NCBI RefSeq assembly: GCF_009914755.1 | Contig: NC_060931.1 | Source of the DNA: the human T2T-CHM13v2.0 reference genome, Homo sapiens | Length of the DNA: 64,000 nucleotides | Direction: 5' to 3' (one strand) | Shown here: one piece after another, positions 33,711 to 48,939 of the stretch | How the letters are laid out: each line of letters begins with the position of its first letter | Numbering within the stretch: position 1 is the first letter of the stretch | Position numbers and translations under genes: made by a program | Notes under the pieces: model-generated | Databases searched by the model: none | What the model saw: only the letters and a program-made list of their open reading frames with translations | What the model was told of the DNA's origin: nothing

Positions 33711-33786
33711 GTAACTGCATTTTTTTAACCATTCATTGATAACTACAAGAGTTCAGGGTAGCCTCATTATAATGCCACGTGCATTA

Positions 33787-34110
33787 GGACATGGATGAAG
33801 CTAGAAACCATCATTGTCAGCAAACTATCGCAAGGACAAAAAACCAAACATTGCATGTTCTCACTCATAGATGGGAATTGAACAATGAGAACACTTGGAC
33901 ACAGGAAGGGGAACATCACACACCGGGGCCTGTTGTGGGGTGAGGGGAGCGGGGAGGGATAGCATTAGGAGATATACCTAATGTAAATGATGAGTTAATG
34001 GGTGCAGCACACCAACATGGCACATGTATACATACGTAACTAACTTGCACATTGTGCACATGTATCCTAGAACTTAAAGTATAATAAAAATATATAAATA
34101 TTAAAAAAAG
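33787..34110 (+). mobile_element. 5'-truncated L1PA 3' end
   Basis: ggatgaagctagaaaccatcatt...cctagaacttaaagtataataaaa. Confidence 0.9.
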
Positions 34111-34152
34111 AACTGGAAGGAAACTCAAAAAAAAAAAGAAAAGAAAGCTATA

Positions 34153-34395
34153 CAATTGACCCTTGAACAACATGGATTTGAACTGCATGGGTCCATTTAT
34201 ACACAGATTTTTTTCAACCAAATGCAGATCAAAAGTAGAGTACTCACAGAATACAAAACCTGCAAATATGGAAGGCCCACTTTTCTTACAGGTGAGTTCC
34301 ACAGGGCCAACTTTGGGACTGCTTGAATATGCTTGGATTTTTGTATTCTCAAAGGGTCCTGGAACCAGTTCCCTATGTATACCAAGGAACCACTA
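34153..34395. mobile_element. MER8 (Tigger2-related) DNA element
   Basis: caattgacccttgaacaac terminus after a TA; MER8-like internal sequence. Confidence 0.75.
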
Positions 34396-34958
34396 TAACT
34401 GTGCCTCTCCTTCAAGTACCAGTGACTATAAATCTTCCCTAAATGAGATTCAATCATGCACTGAAAGATAGTCCCAAGATTCAATTAACAGTAATCAACA
34501 ATTTAGATGGGAAAGGAGATCATTGATAATGATCGGAGGATTTGAACAGATGGCAATTTCAGTAAGAATAAAGTGGGTGCCTCCAGTGGACAGGGCTGGC
34601 AGCTGCATAGGCTGCAGATATCATTTAGTTTTCACTCCCATCTCAGACTCCACTGTGATTTGTCCAGGAACAACTCAAGAGTGGTAGCATTAGGTAACTG
34701 TCCCTCCCAACTTCATCAAGACAGCATCATTTAATCGAATGCCAGATACCCTTAGTTGCTTCATCACACCATGATTTTCCTGGGCCTCCTACAAAGTGCC
34801 AGTGCAACATTCCCCCCTAAAATCAACAATAAAACAAATGGTAAGGCAGCACTCCTGTCATGCAAGCTAAAATTCTACCATTAGAATTGTTTATTCCATA
34901 TAAGGATTATGTCCAGATCATGCCCAGAAGCTCCCTGTTAAAAATAAACAGGATATTA

Positions 34959-36312
<1,354 letters not shown>

Positions 36313-37498
36313 TTACAGAAACACCAGAGGTATACTTATTTGTTATAAGAAACACTGATCCGTTTTATGAATTAGATAATTTTCAATTAATTTCAAAAAC
36401 TGATATACATGTATATCTATGTGTGACTAATCTATGTAAAGCAAACCTCATTATTAAATGAGCTAATTTGTATTAAACCAAAATAGACAATTCTTCTTGA
36501 GATACAGAAATTGATAAAGGACAAATGTTTATCCCTTGAGTATTTTTAGCATTAGGAATTAGTGTGTTAAACATTACCTGTACTTAGCTGCAGTTTCCAT
36601 AAGAAGGCAATCTTTTATGTTCACATTGCATCCACATCCCTAAAGACAAAGGTGAAGAAAAAAAAACAATGTCACTATCACCCCCAAGACAGAATAGATG
36701 ACACTACATTTTCCCATCTGTTTTATTATTCATGTGTACAGTTACTTAAATATTCGTTTCTTCCTGACCCCTATTCTCATGGAGAACAGCATTAGAAAAA
36801 TGCTACACATCAATCTTGGCTCTATGGCTAGTTTCTTTCAAATCACTCATACCAAAAGGGCTTTGCTCTCAGTCCTTGAGAGAAGGCTGACAAACTCTTT
36901 CCTCTGGTTTCTAGCAGCAAATCCTTCATTTTTGAATATGTTTCTTATCCCAGATGCAAGAACCAGTATCTTTTGATTTGAAGAACATAACTAGTGTATT
37001 TAGCACTTGATATATTTTTTAGAACTCTAGAAATATAACTGCTTTCTTTTAAAATATTTATGTGTAACACCTCCTTACAGCTGATCTCAATATGATGCCT
37101 TATTATGTAGGAAAACACCCCACATACAAAAGAATGGAAAGCACTTTAAAATCATTGCTTCAGTCTCTGACAAAACACCACAGAGGGTTCAGTTTATAAC
37201 ACTCACCAAAACTTACTAGGAATCCTCTTCTCTCATCTATTTTCCATAAACTACACTCACCCAGTCCAGCTGTGTGGTTCAAAATCACTCTTCCTCTCTC
37301 TCAAAAGTTGTCCAAACTTTTCCTCAAACCCAAGCCATGCAGGCTCTTTGCGTTTTCTCTTCTCTCGTTTGTTCTCTTCCTTAGGTAACAGTTAACAGTT
37401 TGTCTTAGCCAATGTGAATCAGTTCAGCTAGCCAGGGAATTTTCAGATCTCTTTTACCCTTCACCCTGATCTGTACAACCCAGCAAGCCAAGAAATAA

Positions 37499-37724
<226 letters not shown>

Positions 37725-37814
37725 GAATTGTCTTTAATGGAAGGGAATGATGTGGGATAAATCTGGGAGTGTTCATATGTTGTTATTTATTTCACATTTT
37801 TTTGTACATTTCAG

Positions 37815-37903
37815 CAAAAATACACCAACATTGTTAAAGAAATGAAAGCAAAGGATCTTGAAATCAGGATACACAAGAAGAAAAAATGTGAAATTTATCG
37901 GAG
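37815..37903 (+). CDS. CCDC146: CCDC146 coding exon (89 nt, phase 0-2) QKYTNIVKE...KCEIYR
   Basis: catttcag| acceptor, GAG|gtaaag donor; followed by a 96-nt intron. Confidence 0.92.
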
Positions 37904-37999
37904 GTAAAGTAATTATGTGGTGTTTTATCTACGTAGGTGAGGGGAAAAAAACCTGATGTTCATTTCATAAGTTTCAGTAAACACTTTGTATTTTTACAG

Positions 38000-38164
38000 A
38001 CTGAGAGAGTTTGCTAAACTGTATGACACCATTCGAAATGAAAGAAACAAATTTGTTAACTTACTCCACAAAGCTCATCAGAAAGTAAATGAAATAAAAG
38101 AAAGGCATAAAATGTCATTAAATGAACTTGAAATTCTGAGAAATAGTGCCGTTAGTCAAGAAAG
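38000..38164 (+). CDS. CCDC146: CCDC146 coding exon (165 nt, phase 2-2) [18 protein letters not shown]...SAVSQE
   Basis: tttttacag| acceptor, AAG|gtaagt donor. Confidence 0.93.
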
Positions 38165-39491
38165 GTAAGTGTTATAATAACTATTGGCCTTTCAAAGGCT
38201 TGTTTTCTGATTCATTTGAACTCTAAAAATCCTGGGGATAAGAAGATAGGAAAGAGGCAGAGGCTGCAATGAGCCAAGATGGTGCCACTGCCCTCCAGCC
38301 TGGGTGACAGAATGAGACCCTGTCTCAAAAAAATAATAAAAATAAAAAATAAAAAGAATAGTATTTTAGAAAGCCAGAATTAGAAATCCAGAAAAAGCCC
38401 TTGTTCAAACATCTTGTTTTATAGATGATAATCTACCATGCTTCTACTCTTTGGGAGTCATTTTTTTAATGAATGAAAAACCATAACATATAACTATGCT
38501 TACTATGATGATTTTCACCTGCCCAATTAGAAAGAAAAGCACAAATCTAATAATTGGGATTGGGAAGTTAGAAAACAATCAAATCGTTTGTTAACCAACA
38601 TCCCCTGATTGTAGATGTAAAGCATCTCATGTGTTGTGGGAGGCAATACGTTATAGCAGATTGGTGAAAGAGGTGGTGTCCAGACTCAAATACCACCCCT
38701 CCCACTTATTACCTCTGTAACCTTGGACAAGCTGCTTTGTCTCTCTGAGCTCACTTTCCTTATCCATACCATATTTCATGCGACATTTTACTGTGAAATG
38801 AGCTAATTCATATAAAAACACTCAGAAAAGCGTCTGGCAAATGGTTGTTTTCTTCATTTATTATTTACCATGTGCCAAGATCTTCTGGACTCTTTCACCT
38901 ATGTTAGTAAACAGTACACGATCAGGGTATAATCTAATTTTCTGATGGCCATTATTGCCCAGTTTCCTTCAACAAAGCAATTATAAAGTGGCCTCATTTC
39001 AGGGGTCGGGGGTGGATGAAAAGAAAAATATGATTTCCTAATCAGGTTCTCATCCAACTTGAAAATAAAATACATTTATAGAGGCCATGCATTCATTCAG
39101 CATTTATTGTGGCCACAGGCTGAGTCAGGCACCACCTTATGTCCAGTGGACATTATTGGATATAACCATCTCTGTCCTCAAGACAGCAGTCTCCTGAGAA
39201 TGACAATAAATGAATGACTGCAGTCTCTCGCTTTGATAAAGGGGGTCAGCAGAACATTGGGGGGAAAAGGAAAGATGTTCTAATCTGGAGCAGAGAAAAT
39301 CTGAGACCTGGAAGGATTATGAAAATTCCTGAAGAGTATCATAAGATGAATATCATTATTACTAGTATCATTTCAAGGGCTACACTAAAGCAAGGTCTGC
39401 TTTGATAGTGCTTGTGTTTCAGAAGCCTTCATTCCTTTTAAATAAACTAAAGAAAATTATAATCTTACCCATTGTCTTATTACTTTAAAAG

Positions 39492-39716
39492 AAAGCTACA
39501 AAATTCCATGCTGAAACACGCCAACAATGTTACCATCAGAGAGAGCATGCAAAACGATGTGCGCAAAATTGTATCAAAACTTCAGGAAATGAAAGAAAAG
39601 AAGGAAGCCCAGTTAAATAACATTGACAGACTTGCCAACACGATCACAATGATCGAAGAGGAGATGGTGCAGCTTCGCAAAAGATACGAAAAAGCTGTTC
39701 AGCATCGAAATGAAAG
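39492..39716 (+). CDS. CCDC146: CCDC146 coding exon (225 nt, phase 2-2) KLQNSMLKH...AVQHRNE
   Basis: tactttaaaag| acceptor, AAG|gtaaaa donor; overlaps ORF 39472..39720. Confidence 0.9.
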
Positions 39717-39891
39717 GTAAAAACCAGGTGTGAGAACAGAGCACCAGGGATCCAACTGAGGAATGTCACCTCTTTTTCTATCTAGACTTGACAGTGAATA
39801 GTGAGGGAAATGTGATATTCAGGTTGCATTAGCCTTTGGAGAGAAGGGACTGTGTGTTGCTTCCCTGGAAAATAAGAAACACTGTCCTCAC

Positions 39892-40417
<526 letters not shown>

Positions 40418-41619
40418 TCAGCAAGTTAGTAAGACCTTTAGGAGTAGCATTATTTCTTCCAGGTTGCAGTTATATCATTAATCAATGTTTACTTCAGCAG
40501 TTTCTCCCAAGTTACTTGTGCTCTGAGAAATTGGAATGTGAAATTTGCAGAGCCCTGTGATAATGACATCTGGTATCAGATTTTTTTTAAGCAAACTTTG
40601 ATTGTGTGCTATTCTGTATAAGGCATTAGAGTGCTAGACCTTGAGAGTACAAAAAAGTGGTAAAACATTGTTCCTGGCTTCTGTTGTCAAGAGAACTTGA
40701 TCTTGAGCCTTTGAAAGGAAAACAGACAAAATATAGAGCTGGGATTAGCTGAGTACAACCACATGCATGCATGTTTTGAGGAAGGGGAGTCATAGATAGA
40801 AGCAATTAAAGGAGGAACTCTGAAATAATGTATATGCATAATGTGTGGGAAGACCTTTAGGGTCCTTTGAAGAACAGCACATTTTCAAAGGGCTGGTAGG
40901 TTTTTCTCCAGGGGAGAAAAAAAATGCTATTCAGCTCCTGGCACAAACCAAAGCGTTTGGACAAACAGTGTGCACCCAGGTGCCACTCAGATCAGTGGTG
41001 CATGATCGGTCATGCAGACCAGAGCTGCTGGGGTTAGAACATTCTTACTTTGTTTCCTCCCCATATTCTCCATTCAAGGAGGGGTCTTTCTCCTGGCATG
41101 ATTACAAAGGATAGATTTTTGCCTGTTTATGGGGAAATCACAACCAGAAATATTCAACTTGAGAAGAAACTAATGGGCCTAGCAACTTAATATAGAGCAG
41201 ACTCACACCAGAACTACATTCCCTGGCCCCCTGCCTGTGTGCTTCTGGCCAGGCCTTGGTTGGCAAGTCTGACCCGAGAAAAGGATCTGCAGAAAATCAG
41301 ACTATGGGATCACTTTGTTTGTGCATTGGGAATGACATTCTTTCCCACCCCAGGAAAACCTTTGGGACTTTCAGAGACATTGTGGCTAGCCAACCACATG
41401 GTCAGCCTCAAAGTTGAGAGGCTCAGTAACCCTCCTATCCCTAGAGAATTCCAAAGTGTGGATGTAATTTAACTAGAAAGCCATTGGTGACTATCTGTGA
41501 TCCTCTGGAAGTATGCTATGTTGTGTATATCTTGCATCCAAAGCCAGAGGGAACCACAATGACTAGTAAAACGGTGGTCTCAATGCCCACTTAGCCTCTG
41601 CCTCTGAATTTGACCATAG

Positions 41620-41848
41620 TGGCGTTCAGCTGATAGAGCGGGAAGAAGAAATATGCATTTTTTATGAAAAAATAAATATCCAAGAGAAGATGAAACTAAA
41701 TGGAGAAATTGAAATACATCTACTGGAAGAAAAGATCCAATTCCTGAAAATGAAGATTGCTGAGAAGCAAAGACAAATTTGTGTGACCCAGAAATTACTG
41801 CCAGCCAAGAGGTCCCTGGATGCCGACCTAGCTGTGCTCCAAATTCAG
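41620..41848 (+). CDS. CCDC146: CCDC146 coding exon (229 nt, phase 2-0) [10 protein letters not shown]...LAVLQIQ
   Basis: tgaccatag| acceptor, CAG|gtgggt donor, open frame. Confidence 0.9.
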
Positions 41849-43030
41849 GTGGGTGAGTGATCACGGGACACTTCCTCAGACCATTTATTTTTTTCTGCCT
41901 TTATTAGTTTGTGGGTGAGTTCTTGCATGTAAACCAAGCCATACTATTTCTGGGACCTATAAGAATCCATCCATCTTGTTTAAAAATACATTTGAATGCT
42001 ACTCTAGGATGGAATCTGTGCTTCAGGCATCCAGGCTACACATTGTCTTTTTTTCTTATGAAGCATTTTCTGCTTTTCTTGGAATTTGAAGACTCCCAGG
42101 ACTTATCTCTAGCTCAGCTTCCTCATAGCTCAAAATTTAGTGATCTAGACTCTCACTACCCTCAGCATAATTATGTCGTTGCTGCTTGCTGGACAGATCT
42201 TGAGGATGAGCCAGCACTCTTACTTTTGATACTCTGGCCCCCAGAGCAAGAGATTGTCTGGAGATTGTTGCTTATTAGTAGTTGTCAGTTACATATAACT
42301 TGATTCTTTATTAACCACTGTAGTTCTATGATAGCTTAGTAACCTGGCCTTTGACATGGCCTTTTTTAAAGTGGAATAGATCCAAAAAACTAAAACATGA
42401 AATAACAAAATAAATAAAATGTGAATATAAAGTTACTTTCTTCACATGTGTTACTTGGGGTTTATTCTTCATAGAATTTTTTTAAAAATTAAAATAAAAA
42501 CTGTGTAGCCTAAACTTGTTCCCATTGACCAATGTAGCAGGAACAAATTCTAACCTATAATATTTTTTTTTAAATGTCAGGTTTGCGTTTGGATTTTTTT
42601 TCCTGATAAAAAGTTAAGACATTTGGTGAATGAAATTTTGTAAAAGTATAAAAATTATAAAGAAGAAAATAAAATTCTACTCCCAAGATATAATTGCTAT
42701 TAAAATTATCAAAAATCTGGGAGACATCTTGTCATTTATTTTCTAGGTATACAAGTAAATGTTTTTCATTAGCTCATGCCCTAGACAGTTTTAGATCCCC
42801 CTTTTTTTTAATCATGTGAAGGGGATTCATAGGATTTCATGGGACTAGATGATAGATCTGCTTTCATATTTTATGCCATTTGAATGTGTATATGCTGTAT
42901 AGATAATAGCCTCTTTCAGTTTGCACAAATATGCCAATGTTCTGATTCCAAGTTTGTTTGTTTTTTTAATTTAGCCTTGAGTTCTTCCACTCATTTCTTC
43001 AGTAAGTGTAGTCAGATTGAGATCGATTGG

Positions 43031-43230
43031 CTAGAAAGTCCCCCTAAACTCCCACAGGCCTCCCCAGGCTTCCTGTGGCTCTGACTCCTGCTTCCAACAA
43101 GGTTCATTTGAGGGATCACCCATCAGCCTGCACACACAGTGCCTGTGCCACTTCTGTGCCATGTCTGCAAAGGCACGGAACTCACCCCTTCCTCAGGCTA
43201 CACCTACACAAGACCATTCATGCGAGGCCT
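43031..43230 (+). repeat. Dispersed local duplicate A (paralog at 47248-47270 plus 47445-47612)
   Basis: Shared ccaggcttcctgtggctctgactcctgcttccaaca and cctacacaagaccattcatgcgaggcct. Confidence 0.9.
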
Positions 43231-45094
43231 CTGTGGACAGACTTTATTAAAGATGTGGGGCAATGGTATGTGGGGTTACATTACAGAAATGCAAAGCACT
43301 TCAATTTGATATCAGATATCCATACTCTTCTTGGGGGCACTGGAGACGCTTCCCTGAGCACTAATACCTTGTACCACACCCTTGCCTAGCTCGATTTCAC
43401 TGGCTTCTCTTTCACCTCCCCTCTCCCTCCACAGCCTCCTCATCCCAGATTGCCCCCAGGAACTCCATGCTTGCCCCCACTCCATTTTACAGAAGAATTT
43501 GTCTCTCTCCAGCTTTTTCCCAAAATGAAGATTTAGGTCCATCTTTGCCCATCCTAAACTATCAAGATGCAGAGCAACACAAAAGATCTTTAAATTCAAT
43601 AAAATCTGCAACAGAATAATTTCCTCTCTATTGTATAAGCATATTCTTTGTGTTCACTGCAAATCAATACTTCCATTCAGTGGATAAAATTGTTCTTAGA
43701 AAAAAAATTGTCATTTTATTATATAAAACCTATTATCTAGTATGAAATGTAAATTCACTTTTACCCAAGAAGGAAATATTATGCATTTCATAACACTACA
43801 CTCCCTGCCTGATGGTGAATTTTGATCATTTTGATTGCACATGAACTGAGACATGCAGACTGTGTTATCAGTTATCTGCTCTACCGGAGTGAATTCTGAT
43901 TATCTGCTCAGCATCAATCATGTGTACCCTTGAAGGATATGATGTGAAATTTCTAGCTTCAGGCAAGCCATTTCTGTGCCCTGTTCTGCAGTGTCAGATC
44001 CCGGTCATATCCTGTCATTTTTTACAGCCACAGTGTCTTGGGGTTTGTTTTTTTTTTAAGTCTTCTCCCTTTTTTGCATCATTTTCAGAATTCTCTTAAG
44101 GTTTGCATTTTTTTCGGTCGTCCATAACAGTTTTTAATTGTCCAACAATCTAATCCAAGGATTATCATGAGTCTGTTCTCCTGGTTCCTATAATGATAGC
44201 TCAATTTTAGGAAGTTATATGAACTATTTTGGGACACAAGGACACTATTTTACATAGACAGAGTAAACAGTTTTTCCTCAAATGCCAAGGGAAAACTAAA
44301 ATTGAGACATCCCTTTATAAGCAAGCACTATATTTTTGTTTCTTATTTAGTTTCCTAATTAAGAAAAGGGAACATTAAGTATTGTTAATAATAAATACAA
44401 CAAATGCTTGATTACATATGTATGTACACTTCAATTCTATATTAAGGACATTTAAGGGATGTAGATACAGGAAAAAGAAAAATGTTAAATTATTTGTCAG
44501 CATTTGTAATTATTTTTGTAGGGAGGAGGAGCATAAATTAAATTTTAAAAATGCTACCTGTATCAGTCTTAGACATGTTGTAAAATACCATCAATATATT
44601 ATCTCATATGATGGATCAACCCCATGGCACTGAGCCTTTTCTTCCCATTTGACAAGTGAGGAAACTAAGGTTTAGAGAAGATAAATGATTTACCTGAGAT
44701 TACACAGGTATTCAGTAGGAAAACTGAAAATAATGCTTGTTGGTTGTCACCATGCTCCGTATCTCTCTCCCTATAAAACAAAAACTAAGTGTGGCTACCA
44801 TTCCTATTTAGGAGTAGCCATGTTTCTTCATTCACCACCAAAATCTCATTGATTCAACAAATAGAGTTGATACATATGACACTATATTAGGGATTTAGCA
44901 GAAAAAATACAAATAGCCCAAGCTGTTCCTCACAGAGTGTACATTAGGTAGATTCAATAATTAAGAATGTTTTTCTCTTTCTTTGGGAAGCCATTAAACC
45001 TATTGCCAGCCAAGTGTTTTGAAATGAAGTCCAGTGTGTTGTATGTGAGTTACCCTGGTCTCTGTAACAACCTGCAATGAAGAGGTGAAGGCTG

Positions 45095-45519
45095 TGTGTT
45101 AGTTCATTTGCATTGCTGTAAAGGAATACCTGAGGCTGGATAACATAAAGAAAAGAGGTTTATTTTAGCTCATGGTTCTGCAGGCTGTGTAGGAAGCATG
45201 TGCCAGCATCTGCATCTGGTGAGGGCCTCAGGAGGCTTCCAATCATGGTGGAAAGCAAAGGGGGAGCAGGCACATTGCATGGCGAGAGAGGAAGCAAGAG
45301 AAAGAAGCAGAGGAGCCAGGCTGTTTTTAAACAACCAGATGTCACTTGAATTCATAGATTGAGAACTCACTCATTATTGCAAGGACAGTACCAAGCCATT
45401 CATGAAGGCCCCATCCTGCCCCCATGACCCAAACACCTCTCACCCAGCCCCACCACCAACGTTGGGGATTATATTCATTCAACATGAGATTTGGAGGGGG
45501 ACACATCGAAACCATATCA
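45095..45519 (-). mobile_element. MST (MaLR) solo LTR
   Basis: tgtgttagtt...accatatca termini; TSD ggctg at 45090-45094 and 45520-45524. Confidence 0.88.
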
Positions 45520-45860
45520 GGCTGTATACTTGGAGCCCTGCAACCACACAGCATCCCATGAACATGACCCAAAATGGGAAGCAATCAAGGGCCGCTTGTG
45601 AAACCAGCTTTTTGTATGACCCAGAAGGCACTGCCTCACCTCATATGATCGAATTATAGACATCATCGTCGCAGTACCATAAATGAGCAGAAACGTCACT
45701 TAACCAGGTCCCAGCTGATGGGGTGTTAAGAAAACAGAGTTCTCTTCTACCCTTGTCTGGGTTGGTCCTACTAAAAAACTCTCAAGACCCTAGGCAATGT
45801 GATTTTCAGATTAACTGAGCTAGAGCGTTCATTTTAAAGTTAATGTTTTTTTCTTAATAG

Positions 45861-45989
45861 TTTTCACAGTGTACAGACAGAATTAAAGACCTGGAGAAAC
45901 AGTTCGTAAAGCCTGATGGTGAGAATAGAGCTCGCTTCCTTCCAGGGAAAGATCTGACCGAAAAAGAAATGATCCAAAAATTAGACAAG
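45861..45989 (+). CDS. CCDC146: CCDC146 coding exon (129 nt, phase 0-0) FSQCTDRIK...IQKLDK
   Basis: ttcttaatag| acceptor, AAG|gtaaac donor. Confidence 0.9.
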
Positions 45990-46502
45990 GTAAACATTAT
46001 TGCTTAAAATTGCATCTGTTAGCTCCTCGTTGATGTAGTTTCACAGATACCTATGGTACTGTTTCATGTTATGCTGACAGACCTATCCTTCATTATTCTA
46101 GTCACTAATATAGTCCTTTTGTTGTAATCTAGTCATACATTCTAAGCTTGATTTAGACACTTGCCAAAAGAAGTTCCAATCCAGTGGTTTCGAGATTCCA
46201 AAGGCACATTTCTCTCATGACCCAAAGGAGTAATTTTGGCATCTTAAATGGATTAATTTGTCTTCCTGATGGGAGCACATCAGAAGAATGGTGATGTGGA
46301 TGTTAGATAGAGCTGAGGGGGCCATACTCGAACTCCCAGAGGTATCTGCAGGGGCTGGGGCAGGGAAAGTCTTAACCCAGCTCTAAACACTTTCCAGAGG
46401 TATTTTGTGGGGGGTAGGGGGAGATACTGCTCTAATTAGGAAATAAGATTTTGTCTTAGATGACTTTTTTTTTATTCCTCTTGAACCAATTTTCAAACAT
46501 AG

Positions 46503-46640
46503 CTGGAACTACAACTGGCCAAGAAGGAGGAGAAGCTGCTGGAGAAGGATTTCATCTATGAGCAGGTCTCCAGGCTCACAGACAGGCTCTGCAGCAAAAC
46601 TCAGGGCTGCAAGCAGGACACACTGCTCTTAGCCAAGAAG
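46503..46640 (+). CDS. CCDC146: CCDC146 coding exon (138 nt, phase 0-0) [10 protein letters not shown]...LLLAKK
   Basis: ttttcaaacatag| acceptor, AAG|gtaggc donor. Confidence 0.92.
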
Positions 46641-47247
46641 GTAGGCCTGAGACCCTGCCTTTTCCCTTCTGCCCCTGCTCCTTTATTACCTTTTATTTTC
46701 CACAGACCGACAGATTTATTGAGAGAAGCACTGGAGAGATTAGGCTTTATGACTAGGGGAACTTAGAAAAACGAAAGGATGACTCAGAGAATTGTCCAAA
46801 ATGTTTCAATCTTATTCCCTGAATTAATTCACTTCACGGTGGCAAAACCTAGGCTTTTAAATGACACTATACAAGTTTCACTTACCAAGGCAACTACCCA
46901 AATATGACAGTTATTATCTTTGTATTTCATGCACAAAGTTAAATCCTTTTTAGTTCCTTTTAAGTGGAGCGCCTCACTTATCCAGTGATCTTAGTAGGGA
47001 CTGCTCCAATCCAGAACTCAGCCAGAACCCAGAAATTGAAAGGGACTGATAAAGAGAAATGCAGTCACACAACACCCAGACCAACTGCACCATGGAGGTG
47101 CCCACCAGGCACCACTAGTGAGGAAAGGCCAGGAATACAGAACCCCCTAATTTAATAAGCGTAAGAGACCAGGACAGCAGATCCAGAGCCTCAGGGTCAG
47201 GGTGGGACTGCTAGAAGCTGCACTGAAAGGAGCAGCCAGCAGAGCCC

Positions 47248-47612
47248 CTAGAAGTCCCCCTGGACTCCCAGCATGTTGCATGCTAGTTACCCTGGTCTCT
47301 GTAACAACCTGCAATGAAGAGGTGAAGGCTGTCTATTAGTTCGTTTGCATTGCTGTAAAGGAATACCTGAGGCTGGGTAACTGATAAAGAAAAGAGGTTT
47401 ATTTTGGCTCATGGTTCTGCAGGCTGTGCAGGAAGCATGGTGCCTGCAGGTCTTGCCAGGCTTCCTGTGGCTCTGACTCCTGCTTCCAACAAAGGTTCAT
47501 TTGGGGAATTGCCCCATCAGCCTGTACACCCATTTCTGGGTCATGTCCGTGCAGGCACGGGACTCACTCCTTCCTCAGTCTACCCCTACACAAGACCATT
47601 CATGCGAGGCCT
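47248..47612 (+). repeat. Mosaic duplicate: paralog of 43031-43230 with an inserted copy of ~45031-45204
   Basis: Manual alignment; see findings. Confidence 0.88.
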
Positions 47613-48939
47613 TTCATGCATACCATAGAGCCATCAGAGGACTGGCCACTCACCTGGCCTCTGGGTTCCCTGGAGCATCCCGTCAATGCAGAGAGTTCAG
47701 CCAGTCAACAGTAATTACTGAACACCTGCTATGTGCTACTCTCATGCTAGGCATGAGTTCAGAAACAAAGAGGAAGGGACACATTGTTTACACCATAGGA
47801 AGCTCATAGGGTCTAGTAGGGGGAGACAGATGAAAACAGATAATGGTAATACCCACACCAGAGACTGTGGGCTCCTGAGGGCAGCAGCTGTTCCTCGTTC
47901 TTAATTTCTCCAATGCCTAGCATGTGCCAGACTCTAGAAAAACACTTCAAGGATGAGTAATCATCAGTTCTGTTCTAGAAGCACATGTGGAACACTAAAC
48001 AAGAAATGATTGTAAATATTAGACTATCTTTGCCATTTTTATTTGACTATTATGCTTCTGCTCTGATGACTTCCATGACTAGACTGATCAGGCCAGTGGC
48101 AGGTGTGCAAATCACAACTTGGCCTCCCAAACTAAGGTACAAAGTTGTGAGTCACACGTCTGCCACTGGACTGATGCGAAGGCTCAGTTAAGCTCATGCA
48201 CTTTGCCTGAATTAGCATGTCTGATATTTCTTTAAATAAACGTTGCCTTCCTTCCTTTTGCAAAATGAATTTCCCTTTCTTTGGGGGAAGTCATTTTTCA
48301 CTGAGGCCTGACTTATCAAAGCTGATGGCAGAGTCGCCTGGAAGGCAACAGTAATGCTAAAGAAATGTACATAGCGGCCGCTTCCCATAGCCAGGAAAGC
48401 TCCAGCACAGCCGAGTCCTAGTCTAACAATTATTCTCCCCTTTCCTTTCCCTACCTTCCATGCTCTCCATTGGCTTCTTCCTCCTCCCCAGCTTTCACTG
48501 TCCCCACTCCATTTAAAATGATAATCTCATAGTAGGCAGAACTGGAAAGTAGAAAGACATTCAGATTCCAGATCTATGATTTATCAAAAGTAGAAAATGA
48601 CCTTGAGAAAGATGGATAAATGATCTTAAAACTCAGTTTGCTCATCTGTGTAATGGGTGTGATAGCCAAAGTTGTTGCAAGTATTACATAGTCGAACACG
48701 TAAGTGACCTAGCCACATTCAAAAAGATTGCACATCTCCTCAAGTGTCTCACTTCTCCTAGATAGCTTATGGCGCCTCCTGCAAATTTCCCAACAGAAAT
48801 GGGAGCAGAAAGTGGGAAATCTCAGTTAAGACTTGGAGCAACCCAGGATAATATGAAACTTTGTTTTCTAATTTATGGAAGAGAAGGGAAGTTGGCCAGT
48901 TACACAGATGGACACACACACTCGAGTGTGTAGTGGTTG

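Noticed and set aside
41239-42303. ORFs 41239..41472, 41580..41864 (-) and 41911..42303
   Set aside because: Non-ATG starts or exon antisense shadow, and no recognisable homology
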